Source: Candidatus Thorarchaeota archaeon | GTDB lineage: Archaea; Asgardarchaeota; Thorarchaeia; Thorarchaeales; Thorarchaeaceae | Reading direction: 5' to 3' | Length of the DNA stretch: 64,000 nucleotides | Assembly (NCBI GenBank): GCA_048882325.1 | Contig: JBHLRS010000011.1 | Location: 38,521-102,520, forward strand | Part shown: positions 10,002-19,206 of the stretch, in pieces | How the letters are laid out: every line of letters begins with the position of its first letter | Position numbering within the stretch: position 1 is the stretch's first letter | The notes under the pieces: generated by a model | Databases searched by the model: none | The model's input: only the letters and a program-made list of their open reading frames with translations | What the model was told of the DNA's origin: nothing | Program-made: the position numbers and the translations under genes

Positions 10002-11159
10002 TTGGCAAAGGTAGGAAAGAAGAAGAACACAAAGTTATGGCGCATTTGGTCTATGTTCCTAAAGGAACTTAAACTGGTTCAGAATGACAAGTTTGCGCTT
10101 CTCTTGGTCTTTATTCTTCCGACAATGATAATGGTGACAATGTTTGCAGCTACAAACCAGGAATCTATTGGTATTTCTCCAGAAACTGGTAAGAATGCAG
10201 ATGCAATCCGGATCGGTGTGGTTGACATCGATTCGACAGACACATTCCCCGGAGAAGATCTCTCAGTAAATTTCACTTGGTACCTTACAAACAGTCCTGA
10301 CTTCATAGTCCAAGTATTTGATACCGAAGCAGATGCGTTAGATGCTCTGTATTTCGATAGGGTCCAAGCCTATGCAGTGATTCCTTATGGATTCGAAGGA
10401 AACATCACTAATGATATTCCTGCCTTCGTGGACATTCACATTAGTAGTACTGACTTCGAGAGTCAGTCGTCGGTTTTCTCAATATTTTCTAGCGTAGTTC
10501 AAAATTTCCGGTACGATCACGGTTGGGTCAAGGGAGAGATAGCATCAGAAATGGTGGCTGAGTTTCAGCCTCCTGGTTCAGACGGCTTCGAGGCAACATT
10601 TGGAGTCTTCATGATTGTATTTGCAGTATTCATTGCTGTAGCCGCGACCGCGGCTCAAGCAATTGTTGGCGATGTACCTCTCAACAGGATGCTTCTAACA
10701 CCAGCAAGCAAGATGGAAGCAATTCTAGCTAAGGTCTGTGCGTACTTCATAGTTGGGATGGTTCAGGGTCAGTTTTTACTTATTCTCTGGCAATTACTCT
10801 TCAACATAAATGTCTGGAACCAGTATCTAACGATGAACATTGTCCTTGCGTTAATGTCGCTCTCTGGTTCATGTCTTGGTGTTCTAATATCAACAATTGT
10901 CACGACAAGATTACAGGCAAATCAATCGTTTCTATTTCTCATGTTTGGTAGCACTATTGTAGGAACTGGTTTCATGGATGTGGGCCCGGTAGATGATTAC
11001 TTTCCATTAAACTTGGGTAGAGTCATGATGTCAGACACTGCTTTCAAAGGAGTTGCGCTAACCGAGTTCATGGGAGATATCATTGTCATTTTGGAATTCT
11101 CATTGATTCTTCTACTTATAGCATGGGTAATTTTCGCTAGAAGAACAACTTTAGCATAG
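10002..11159 (+). CDS. ABC-2 type transporter permease
   Basis: KELK..ND N-terminus, IGVVDID extracellular loop, VIPYGF, RMLLTP..KMEAILAK, 6 TM. Confidence 0.88.
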   Translation: MAKVGKKKNTKLWRIWSMFLKELKLVQNDKFALLLVFILPTMIMVTMFAATNQESIGISPETGKNADAIRIGVVDIDSTDTFPGEDLSVNFTWYLTNSPDFIVQVFDTEADALDALYFDRVQAYAVIPYGFEGNITNDIPAFVDIHISSTDFESQSSVFSIFSSVVQNFRYDHGWVKGEIASEMVAEFQPPGSDGFEATFGVFMIVFAVFIAVAATAAQAIVGDVPLNRMLLTPASKMEAILAKVCAYFIVGMVQGQFLLILWQLLFNINVWNQYLTMNIVLALMSLSGSCLGVLISTIVTTRLQANQSFLFLMFGSTIVGTGFMDVGPVDDYFPLNLGRVMMSDTAFKGVALTEFMGDIIVILEFSLILLLIAWVIFARRTTLA

Positions 11160-11218
11160 TTGGTGACAAGACCCTTAAGGTTCAGGTCCTCATAAAATTC
11201 AGGGAGGTCTGATAATCT

Positions 11219-11422
11219 ATGAGTGTTGTCAAAGTAATAGAACTAATTGGAGAGTCACCAAAAAGCTGGGAAGACGCCTGCAAGAATGCACTTGAAGTTG
11301 CGGCGAAAACTCTCAGGGGTATTGTAGGGATCGATGTTGATCACTTCACTTGTAAGGTTGAAGATAACAAGATCGTAGCTTTCCGGGCTAACATAAAAGT
11401 GGCTTTCAAGTATCAAGATTGA
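11219..11422 (+). CDS. Dodecin family flavin-binding protein
   Basis: VVKVIELIGESPKSWEDA...AAKTLRGI...KVAF; GGAGGT SD. Confidence 0.93.
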   Translation: MSVVKVIELIGESPKSWEDACKNALEVAAKTLRGIVGIDVDHFTCKVEDNKIVAFRANIKVAFKYQD

Positions 11423-11496
11423 GCGTCGCCTATTCATTAGCTCAAACTATACGAGATGAATAGAGGGATCTGACTTTACAGATCCCTTACACTTTA

Positions 11497-12372
11497 TTAG
11501 AATAAACCGGGTAGCAGATTTGGCAAACTGATGAGAAAAACCACTATTCCATTGTTAATACCATGAGCAATGGATGGTCCAATGATATTGTAATTTCTTT
11601 GTTGAGCCAAAAAACCAAGAAATACACCAAGTACGAATCTTGTGGGGAGTCCAATAATGTCGAGATGTATTGCCGCAAAAATAAAACTGCTAATCACTAG
11701 TGCCACTATCTTGTAGTTCGTTGTCCCGCGAACACGAAAGTACATCTCCATGCGACGTTGCATAAATCCTCGAAATATCAGTTCTTCAGTGAATCCCACT
11801 AAGACAAACATTGCGAAAAACCATGCTGCCATCTCAGTCCAGTTTCTCGCCACTAATAGCTCTTCCGCACCTGGCGGAGTGGGTCCAGTTCCTATTGATA
11901 TGATCCATGAAATGAAGAAATTGGCTCCTAACAGTGCCGCGCCAAAAGCAACTCCAAGTCCAATATCGATTGAAGACAAGATGTTTTTGATTCCGATAGC
12001 AGATCTGGGGAGTCCATGTTTTCGGATATAGTACAGTGGCGGAACAGCAAATGAGAGTTCTGCAAATGTCAGAATCAACATAGCTAACGGATCTATTCGG
12101 ATAATGACTCCTGAATAGAAATCAATGATTATAAGATCTGATAACATCAATGGAATCATCATGACAATGGTTACGCCAACCATTAGAATCATTCCAAGAG
12201 CTGTGTAACCTAGAACTCCAAACATCTGATTCTTATTGACTTGGTCTTCTAGAAGCATCCCAGGTTCAAAGATTCCAATTCCCTCAGCTTCTTCAAGTTC
12301 AAATTTATCTGGGTCATCCATGACCAAAGGGTACAACCTCGAGTTCATTGAATTTGAAACTGAATTAAGCAT
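11497..12372 (-). CDS. CPBP (CAAX/Abi) family intramembrane metalloprotease
   Basis: EELIFRG, FAAIH and HGINN motifs within a multi-TM protein. Confidence 0.92.
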   Translation of the reverse strand: MLNSVSNSMNSRLYPLVMDDPDKFELEEAEGIGIFEPGMLLEDQVNKNQMFGVLGYTALGMILMVGVTIVMMIPLMLSDLIIIDFYSGVIIRIDPLAMLILTFAELSFAVPPLYYIRKHGLPRSAIGIKNILSSIDIGLGVAFGAALLGANFFISWIISIGTGPTPPGAEELLVARNWTEMAAWFFAMFVLVGFTEELIFRGFMQRRMEMYFRVRGTTNYKIVALVISSFIFAAIHLDIIGLPTRFVLGVFLGFLAQQRNYNIIGPSIAHGINNGIVVFLISLPNLLPGLF

Positions 12373-12478
12373 TTGGTTTGCAACATCATAAGGATTGCTT
12401 GTTCCGCACAGACTTTATGAGGAACTTCATAGGTGAAATCAGCTAAAATCAATGAGTTACTGACTCGGGAAGAAGTGA

Positions 12479-14488
12479 TTGAAAGTGGATGAGCACATTG
12501 AACCCAAACGCAGAAGGGGTAATGTTCTACTTCTATCCACAATAATCATTATTGCTAGCATTGTAGGACTATATGCAGCTCCCCCTACATTTTCTGAACC
12601 TGATCTAACAGTTAGAGTTGCAATCATTGACTCTGGAATCACGATTACACAAGAGCTGGAAACCCGAGTAGTAGCTGCCAAGAGTTTCGTAAACATCTCT
12701 TATGGATATCCAGATACAGATAATTCGACGGACGATAGTATCCCTGGTGGTGTAGTGCATGGATCATACATAGCCACTATCATAGCATCAGAGGCCCCTG
12801 ATGCTGCGCTTGTCAATGCAAAAGTCGTGTCTGAACATGACATCGCAACACCCACAGCAATAATCGCGGCTATAAGATGGGCGGTCCTCGAAGAGAATTG
12901 CAGTGTCATTAATCTGAGTCTTGGAATATCACCAATTCACAATGATTCCATAGGCGCAGCAGTTCAGTGGGCATTCAGACAAGGTGTGTCTATTGTCGCA
13001 GCAGCTGGAAACAATGGGCAGGGTGGCATCTCAGGTAGTTCAGTAGAATCACCTGCAATGTATCCTGAGGTCATTGCAGTAGCAGCAGTCGACGAAGACA
13101 GTGTTCCTTATTCATTCTCCGCTATCGGCCCACTTCGTGACAGAACAATGAAGCCTGATATTTCAGCAATTGGTTACTATCAGGTCAATGGTAAGAAGGT
13201 ACTTGGAACGAGTTTTGCAGCACCAATTGTAGCTGCTGGAGCTGCGAAGATAATCTCTCATTGCATCAATAATGGATGGACTTGGACTCCAGGGATGATA
13301 AAAGCTGCAATTATGCTCGGTGCATTTCATCTTCCATTTGAAGAGTGGGTGGTTGGAGCTGGTCTTCTTGATATTGTCACCTCTCTTCAGTATATCGATA
13401 TTTCGCAGAAACAGAACGGACTTCCGCTGCTAGCCATAGTTACTCCGGCAACAAGTCCCTTCTCTTTCGAGCGATATTTCGTTAATCACACATCACGAAT
13501 ACAAGTTTCCATCTTTTCATCTACAAATGATAGTTTTTCTTTAGCATACACAGGATTAGGTGCAAAGTGGCTGACTGGTCCCTCTTCTGTTTTTGTGAAT
13601 CAGACTGCATCATTCTTTCTTGAACTTCGAGTTGAATCATCGCAAGCAGAGGAAGATCAAGAAGCGTCAATCTCTGTGGCATCTCCAGGGTATTTTCATC
13701 TGAATCTGGAGTTTTCCTTTGACGCTATTGTCGCCTTGTATGAGGTGGCTTTTGACATAAGTCACACTCCTTGGGCAATAGATTCCATTTATGGACAGTT
13801 TAGAAGGCTCTATAGAACTCTGACCAAGGCAGGTATCGCCATAGATGAACTTAGGTTTCCAGAAAACCTCACATTAGATACCTTATCAAATTTTGATCTA
13901 GTCTTTGTACTTGACCCCTGTGCATGGGCATACTCAGTTGATGGATTCGTCTATGAGAAGGTCGACCTATTTTCATATACGCCTCAACAGTTAGCAGCAT
14001 ATGCCGCCTATTTTCAAAATGGAGGTAACCTTTTCCTGGTTGGACTAACGAATTCGAGTATTAATCAGGAATGCGCCAATGCTCTCTTCTCTAAATTCAA
14101 CATAACCCTAAATGATGATCATATCCCCGGCATCACAATCATTGTGAATGGAGTGTCTTCCACTGAGCTGATTAATGGAATGATTGAACATCAAATCACA
14201 GACCGTGTGGATGCTTTTGATTATAATGGCTGCTCACTCAATTTCACAGGTGATCCCTTTGAAATAGCATGGAAAGATGTCATTTGGCAGGATGAAAATG
14301 GGACATACCATTCTGAGAGGCGGTCGGTGTTAGTTGGTCTTGAATATGGTAACTCCAGTCGCTTGATTGCCACAGGTAGCAATTTCTTCCTTGATAACTG
14401 GGCCTTATCCAATTCATATCGGTCAGATCAAGATTTGCGATTTGTGCTACAGACAGTATATTGGTTACTTCACGCTCTTGAACATTAG
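12479..14488 (+). CDS. Membrane-anchored S8 subtilase with C-terminal GldG/DUF4350-like domain (Site-1-protease-like architecture)
   Basis: N-terminal TM; triad VAIIDSG / HGSYIA / GTSFAAP; oxyanion AAGN; KPDI; C-terminal FDISH...FRRLYRTL...GGNLFLVG...ANALF domain. Confidence 0.88.
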   Translation: MKVDEHIEPKRRRGNVLLLSTIIIIASIVGLYAAPPTFSEPDLTVRVAIIDSGITITQELETRVVAAKSFVNISYGYPDTDNSTDDSIPGGVVHGSYIATIIASEAPDAALVNAKVVSEHDIATPTAIIAAIRWAVLEENCSVINLSLGISPIHNDSIGAAVQWAFRQGVSIVAAAGNNGQGGISGSSVESPAMYPEVIAVAAVDEDSVPYSFSAIGPLRDRTMKPDISAIGYYQVNGKKVLGTSFAAPIVAAGAAKIISHCINNGWTWTPGMIKAAIMLGAFHLPFEEWVVGAGLLDIVTSLQYIDISQKQNGLPLLAIVTPATSPFSFERYFVNHTSRIQVSIFSSTNDSFSLAYTGLGAKWLTGPSSVFVNQTASFFLELRVESSQAEEDQEASISVASPGYFHLNLEFSFDAIVALYEVAFDISHTPWAIDSIYGQFRRLYRTLTKAGIAIDELRFPENLTLDTLSNFDLVFVLDPCAWAYSVDGFVYEKVDLFSYTPQQLAAYAAYFQNGGNLFLVGLTNSSINQECANALFSKFNITLNDDHIPGITIIVNGVSSTELINGMIEHQITDRVDAFDYNGCSLNFTGDPFEIAWKDVIWQDENGTYHSERRSVLVGLEYGNSSRLIATGSNFFLDNWALSNSYRSDQDLRFVLQTVYWLLHALEH

Positions 14489-14868
14489 AGCAGTGGGGCA
14501 ATCTTTTCTGCTGCGGTATTAGCTGCATAAACTAGGAGCCCGGTCTTCATTCCTTTGGCCGCTGCAAGGACGAGAATGGCTTTCTCACCTGCACTCTTCA
14601 TTATCATGAGTCCTTTTTCATTGGTCATCAGTATTTCTTCGAGGGTCCCTTGATCCATGCGTTCAGCAGCTAGGTCTGCTACACCTAAGATTGATGCTGC
14701 CATTGCTGCAATCTCTGCTTCCTCAAGACCTTGTGGAACTGCTGAAGAAATAGGGAGCCCTTCCTTAGATAGAAGCATCCATGCTCGTATACCAGCGGCA
14801 AGTGCAGTTGCTTCTTCCATTATCTGCCTTAGCTTCACCTGCAGCTCCTCAAAGCTCGGATCAAACAT
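14485..14868 (-). CDS. Roadblock/LAMTOR2 (MglB-like) domain protein
   Basis: LLSKEGLPISS, IAAMAASILG, GTLEEILM, ILVLAA, GLL; likely start MFDPS at 14868. Confidence 0.92.
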   Translation of the reverse strand: MFDPSFEELQVKLRQIMEEATALAAGIRAWMLLSKEGLPISSAVPQGLEEAEIAAMAASILGVADLAAERMDQGTLEEILMTNEKGLMIMKSAGEKAILVLAAAKGMKTGLLVYAANTAAEKIAPLL

Positions 14869-15011
14869 GGCTGCCACTCTTTTCTCTCTCACTAGTAGGA
14901 TAGTTGTCACTTGGAAATGCGCATTAATAAAGTTTGCATGACTAACGTATCCCAGACGTTCAGAATAATACTTCAGAGAGCGTACTCAAGGATGGTATGC
15001 CGCTATAATGG

Positions 15012-15647
15012 GTGTCTGAAATGAATTCAATGCATCGACTCGACGTAGCAAAACCAACCGATGCAACAATAGGTTGGAAAAAGGGGGTTCGTGTCCTAGG
15101 AGTGGCTGAGAGTTTCGAGAAGAGCGAATCTCGCAGCATACTTGCTGGAGTAGTTATGAGAGCGGATTTCAGGATTGATGGCTTTAGTGTCTGCACACCT
15201 ACGATTGGCGGAACTGATTCAACAACTGAATTGGTTACAATGTTTCATCGTCTCAATCGAAAAGACATTAGAGCTTGGCTGTTAGGTGGTTCGGTAATTT
15301 CGTGGTTCAATATAGTCGATATCTCGGTCCTCCATGAAGAAACCGACACACCTGTCATTTGTATCTCATACCATCCTTCAGAGGGAATCGAGAAGTATCT
15401 CGAGGAGTACTTCCCTGCTGATTGGAAGGAGCGAATAGAAATTCTTGATAGGGTTGGGGACCGAACATCAGTGCAATTGAGAACCGGGCATTCTGTGTTC
15501 CTCTCTGTTGCAGGTATTGGTACGACTCGTGCAAGAAATCTGTTGGACAAACTGACATTAGATGGTAGAATTCCGGAACCTGTAAGAGTGGCCAGAACGA
15601 TTGCCGCAGGGCTCCATCGTGATTTCATGAAAGTCATGCAAATCTAG
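15012..15647 (+). CDS. DUF99 (endonuclease V-like, RNase H fold) protein
   Basis: VRVLGVAESF, GVVMR, IDG, GGTDST, FNIVDI, IPEPVRVA. Confidence 0.88.
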   Translation: MSEMNSMHRLDVAKPTDATIGWKKGVRVLGVAESFEKSESRSILAGVVMRADFRIDGFSVCTPTIGGTDSTTELVTMFHRLNRKDIRAWLLGGSVISWFNIVDISVLHEETDTPVICISYHPSEGIEKYLEEYFPADWKERIEILDRVGDRTSVQLRTGHSVFLSVAGIGTTRARNLLDKLTLDGRIPEPVRVARTIAAGLHRDFMKVMQI

Positions 15648-15656
15648 ACAACATTG

Positions 15657-16295
15657 TTAGCGAGTGATGCGGTTTAACTCCAATCCTTGGTGTTGAGCAT
15701 TGGAAATGTGCTCCTCGTAAAGATCCCAGAACAATTCCTCCATGATTTCTAGATCTATGCCTTCGAGAATACTCCGACTATTAACAAAGAACTGATCCAA
15801 GATTTTTGGTGACACACCCGATGCTTCTAGGGAAAGCGCATGAACTATCATGTCGATTATGTCCGCTCCACGGACAATTCGTGACTCCATACTTTCCATT
15901 CGTAAACTTTCATTCCATAGGTCAATAAGCCACTTCCCAAAGTGTATACTCTTCTCGCTAATTTGCTGAATAGCCTTTTTCTCAGCTTCATCCTTCCCTT
16001 CTTGAAATCTCTCCGCTCCGAGCTCAATTGCAGTTCTAGGAATATCTGATAACCTTGACTCAACAAGATCATGAATTATCGCCATCATAGATACTTTCCC
16101 CAAATCAACATGAATTCCATTATCGATACATCTCTTGGCAATCAATGATGAAATTAACGCTGTGCCAAACGTATGTTCTCCAACGGATTCCGGCCTCACG
16201 CAATCAACTCCTGCAAGGGCCCAACCTGTTCGGGTTAATCTCTTCAGAGTTTCACCTTTTCTTGCTAAATCCACGATCTCTCTAGATGCGCTCAC
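15657..16295 (-). CDS. HD-domain 5'-deoxynucleotidase (YfbR/HDDC2-like)
   Basis: LKRLTRTGW, ESVGEHTF, IHDLVES..SDIP, ADIID; likely GTG start at 16295 after GAGGTG. Confidence 0.9.
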   Translation of the reverse strand: MSASREIVDLARKGETLKRLTRTGWALAGVDCVRPESVGEHTFGTALISSLIAKRCIDNGIHVDLGKVSMMAIIHDLVESRLSDIPRTAIELGAERFQEGKDEAEKKAIQQISEKSIHFGKWLIDLWNESLRMESMESRIVRGADIIDMIVHALSLEASGVSPKILDQFFVNSRSILEGIDLEIMEELFWDLYEEHISNAQHQGLELNRITR

Positions 16296-16371
16296 ATAGA
16301 CCACCTCATTCGCTGAACTGTGAAAAAGAGAAGTAGTGGGGGCACTTTGCCCCCAAGAAACGTCCATTGGC

Positions 16372-17487
16372 TTATGACAGTGTGATTGTACCATTTATGA
16401 TGGCCAAGCGGTAGTCAACTGTCATGTTTATCATTCTGTCCGTAACCCATTCATTATCTGATTGCTGGAATTCTTCCAAGTCAGCTAAACCGATACCATT
16501 GTTGTCAAGGTTGCCAATCCCATCAGCACTACCATAATTGAGGTTTCCTGTAAAATCACCCCAAAGAGTAGCATTGATAATGCGGTAAACCGATAGATCC
16601 GAACGAGGTACGATACTGGTCACCATCCATGATGGACCGGTTGCTATCTCGATGTTTGGATTGCCCAAAAACCTTTGATCGCCCTCTGCACCAATTACAA
16701 AAGGCTCATGGTTCACTGTTCCGTTGAACCAAGTCAGATTTGCGTAAACCATCGCTGCTCGAATTCCCATATAGCTAGCTCGAACTGGGGCAAAGATGAC
16801 AGAAGCATTTCCATTTTGTGGATCCCACATATTTGTTGCAAGATCCTCTGCAGTTTGTGTGTCATTATAAGAGCCGACGTATTCAACATCGAGGAGTGTG
16901 ACATTTCCAAGAGTTTGATTTGCATAATCAACACCTTGGAGGAAGCCATCTATCAAATCCGCAATCACTGGGTCAGTTTCTAGAGCTCCAATCACACCTA
17001 CTACTCCAGTTCTGTTCACGTTACCTACGGCTAGATAAGCTGCAAGTGTACCAGCAAGAAATGCAGCTTCGTCGTATGCAAATGTAGCAGATGCAACATT
17101 CTCCTGACTAACATACCCACCAATGTATCCGAATTTCTGATTGGGGTGAGCAGCTGCTACTGTGTCTAAAGCACCCGATATTCCAATCTCCGTTCCTATG
17201 ACTAATATTAGGTCATGGTTCCCTCGAGTAGCGAGTTCATCTATGAGTGTTTCCAGAGCTGAAACACTCTCTACCACTCTGAAATCATAACTGACAACTA
17301 CTTCCACCTCGAACAGTCCCTCATATGCTTGATCGGCCATACTCAAGTCCCCAAATCCAGGGTCGATAACTACGACTGCAACGTGTGATGGAACATACTG
17401 ATTTGTCAAAAATACGAAACCGCCAACTGCGGCGAATACAAGAATAACTATTACTGCGGATGAAATGACACCAGCCCTTGAGCTCAA
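16372..17487 (-). CDS. BMP family substrate-binding protein (membrane-anchored)
   Basis: GFGDLSM..AYEGL, EAAFLAGTLAA, GFLQGVDYAN, YVGSYND, IGAEGDQ; N-terminal TM; TTG start after GGAGG. Confidence 0.85.
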   Translation of the reverse strand: MSSRAGVISSAVIVILVFAAVGGFVFLTNQYVPSHVAVVVIDPGFGDLSMADQAYEGLFEVEVVVSYDFRVVESVSALETLIDELATRGNHDLILVIGTEIGISGALDTVAAAHPNQKFGYIGGYVSQENVASATFAYDEAAFLAGTLAAYLAVGNVNRTGVVGVIGALETDPVIADLIDGFLQGVDYANQTLGNVTLLDVEYVGSYNDTQTAEDLATNMWDPQNGNASVIFAPVRASYMGIRAAMVYANLTWFNGTVNHEPFVIGAEGDQRFLGNPNIEIATGPSWMVTSIVPRSDLSVYRIINATLWGDFTGNLNYGSADGIGNLDNNGIGLADLEEFQQSDNEWVTDRMINMTVDYRLAIINGTITLS

Positions 17488-17599
17488 GGTTATGCCTCCA
17501 TGGTCGTTAGCCTCGATGCTTTGGACCATCGATTTAAACTTGTTGCTCTGAGACGCATTGCACTTCTAATGCCCTTTCTGTGAAGAGTATCAGTTATAA

Positions 17600-18364
17600 A
17601 TGCGGAATCCTGACAGAACTCCTAAGAACATCGTGCTGGTTAATGCTATGGCGGAAGAAACTCTTGGAGAAGTGGCGACTCTTCTCGAGGAAACACTGAA
17701 GGTCCACCGCTCTGTAAAGAACGCAGTTCTCTGCACAAAAGAGGGTGTGGTGGTAGCCGCAGTGGCCCGAGGAGGAGAAACAGATCCTAGAGTGATTGCT
17801 ACTGTTTCATCTGCTTTGGTATGGGGTGGAACTTCTGCCCTTCATCATCTGAAGAGTTCGGGACCGATACACCTCGTTCATACAACCAGCATCGAGCGGA
17901 TTGTTACGATTGTCCAACCTCATTATCATCTTATTGTTATTATTTCCCGAGCTGATGATGCAGGATTGAATCTCGAACCGATGATACCGACTTTCCAGTC
18001 TCTAGCCACTCGAATGGAGTTGGTGATGGGTTCAACTAGTGCATTTGGCAAGCAAACCATTCTCGGGACAATTGTTGAAGAAATTCCTGAGGTTACACAA
18101 GGCGTCTTGCTTACAATCGAAGGACTTCCACTTGGGTCAGTTGGGTTCAAAGATGAGGTTGAAGTGGCAGCAATGATGGGATCCCTCTTTGCCAATGGAA
18201 TGACCTATTCTGAAGTCACTGACACAATCACCCTGGACACCGCTAAACTCCGTCTCTTGATTACAAGGGTTGATGCGACAAGACTCCTAGCAGTAGTCTG
18301 TCCGGGTCCTAATCAAGAAGAAGTTGCTCAAAAAATACGTCTGATTTTAGATGGTGCTACCTAG
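17600..18364 (+). CDS. Tandem (double) roadblock/LAMTOR2 domain protein
   Basis: Two modules: AVLCTKEGVVVAA...IATVSSAL and GVLLTIEGLPLGS...VAAMMGSL. Confidence 0.8.
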   Translation: MRNPDRTPKNIVLVNAMAEETLGEVATLLEETLKVHRSVKNAVLCTKEGVVVAAVARGGETDPRVIATVSSALVWGGTSALHHLKSSGPIHLVHTTSIERIVTIVQPHYHLIVIISRADDAGLNLEPMIPTFQSLATRMELVMGSTSAFGKQTILGTIVEEIPEVTQGVLLTIEGLPLGSVGFKDEVEVAAMMGSLFANGMTYSEVTDTITLDTAKLRLLITRVDATRLLAVVCPGPNQEEVAQKIRLILDGAT

Positions 18365-19098
18365 CTCCCACCAGCTTCTGCTCTTTCTTGATCAATAAGA
18401 GTTTCCGACCCGTCCTCATCAATGAACTGAAACTCCCAGTCTGTCAGATTGATGGTGATAAAACAGTCCTTCCCACGTTCCGGACAATCGATACGGATGG
18501 TTACGTGATCAGGAGTTGACTCGCGAATTTCTGGGTTGAGACAACCGTCTTCGAGCTTTTCCATGAGAAATATCACATATGCTTCAGTAATCGTATTCAG
18601 GCTCCCTCGCATAAGCAGATTTCCAAGCTCGTCTAGATAATGTCTTTTCTTTCTACCTTCTCGAACTACCTTGATGAGACCTACCTCTTCCATTCGTGAA
18701 ATGTGCCAGCGCACTGTGTCATGATGGACTCCTAGAGATTCAGCCATTTGTTCCTGATAGCATCCTGCATTGTTAACGACAAAGGCGAAAATCTTCTGTG
18801 CTGTGTCGCTTCGCATCGTCAAGTACGCCATCTCAGCTTCCTGAGATCTCAGCATTCTTGGATAGTACAATCGTTTTCCTGCAAATTTGATGGACTTAAC
18901 AAGACCTTCGCGCTCAAGGATTCGAAGATGCCAAGTCAGGGTGCCAAGAGGGGAAGAGAGAATATCTACTAACTCAAGGAGGTAAGTTCCAGGGTTCTCA
19001 CACAGAACCTGATAGAGCTCTCTCCGGAACGGATGCAAAAGCAAAGCCATTCGTTTCTGACGACCCATAGCGTCTCCTCTCTTCTCTCTCTCCATCAT
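18361..19098 (-). CDS. Double winged-helix transcriptional regulator (COG3398-like)
   Basis: Two ArsR/MarR-like wHTH units: RRELYQVLCENPG...TLTWHLRILEREGLV and TVRWHISRMEEVGLI..REGRK. Confidence 0.85.
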   Translation of the reverse strand: MMEREKRGDAMGRQKRMALLLHPFRRELYQVLCENPGTYLLELVDILSSPLGTLTWHLRILEREGLVKSIKFAGKRLYYPRMLRSQEAEMAYLTMRSDTAQKIFAFVVNNAGCYQEQMAESLGVHHDTVRWHISRMEEVGLIKVVREGRKKRHYLDELGNLLMRGSLNTITEAYVIFLMEKLEDGCLNPEIRESTPDHVTIRIDCPERGKDCFITINLTDWEFQFIDEDGSETLIDQERAEAGGS

Positions 19099-19206
19099 TT
19101 GTAATCGGTGATATAATTGCTTCGCCTCTCACCATATGAGGCGAATATTCGTGCAGTTCTTTGTCGTACGTAACTCTTAATTACACGACTATGACGTCCA
19201 ACCTCG

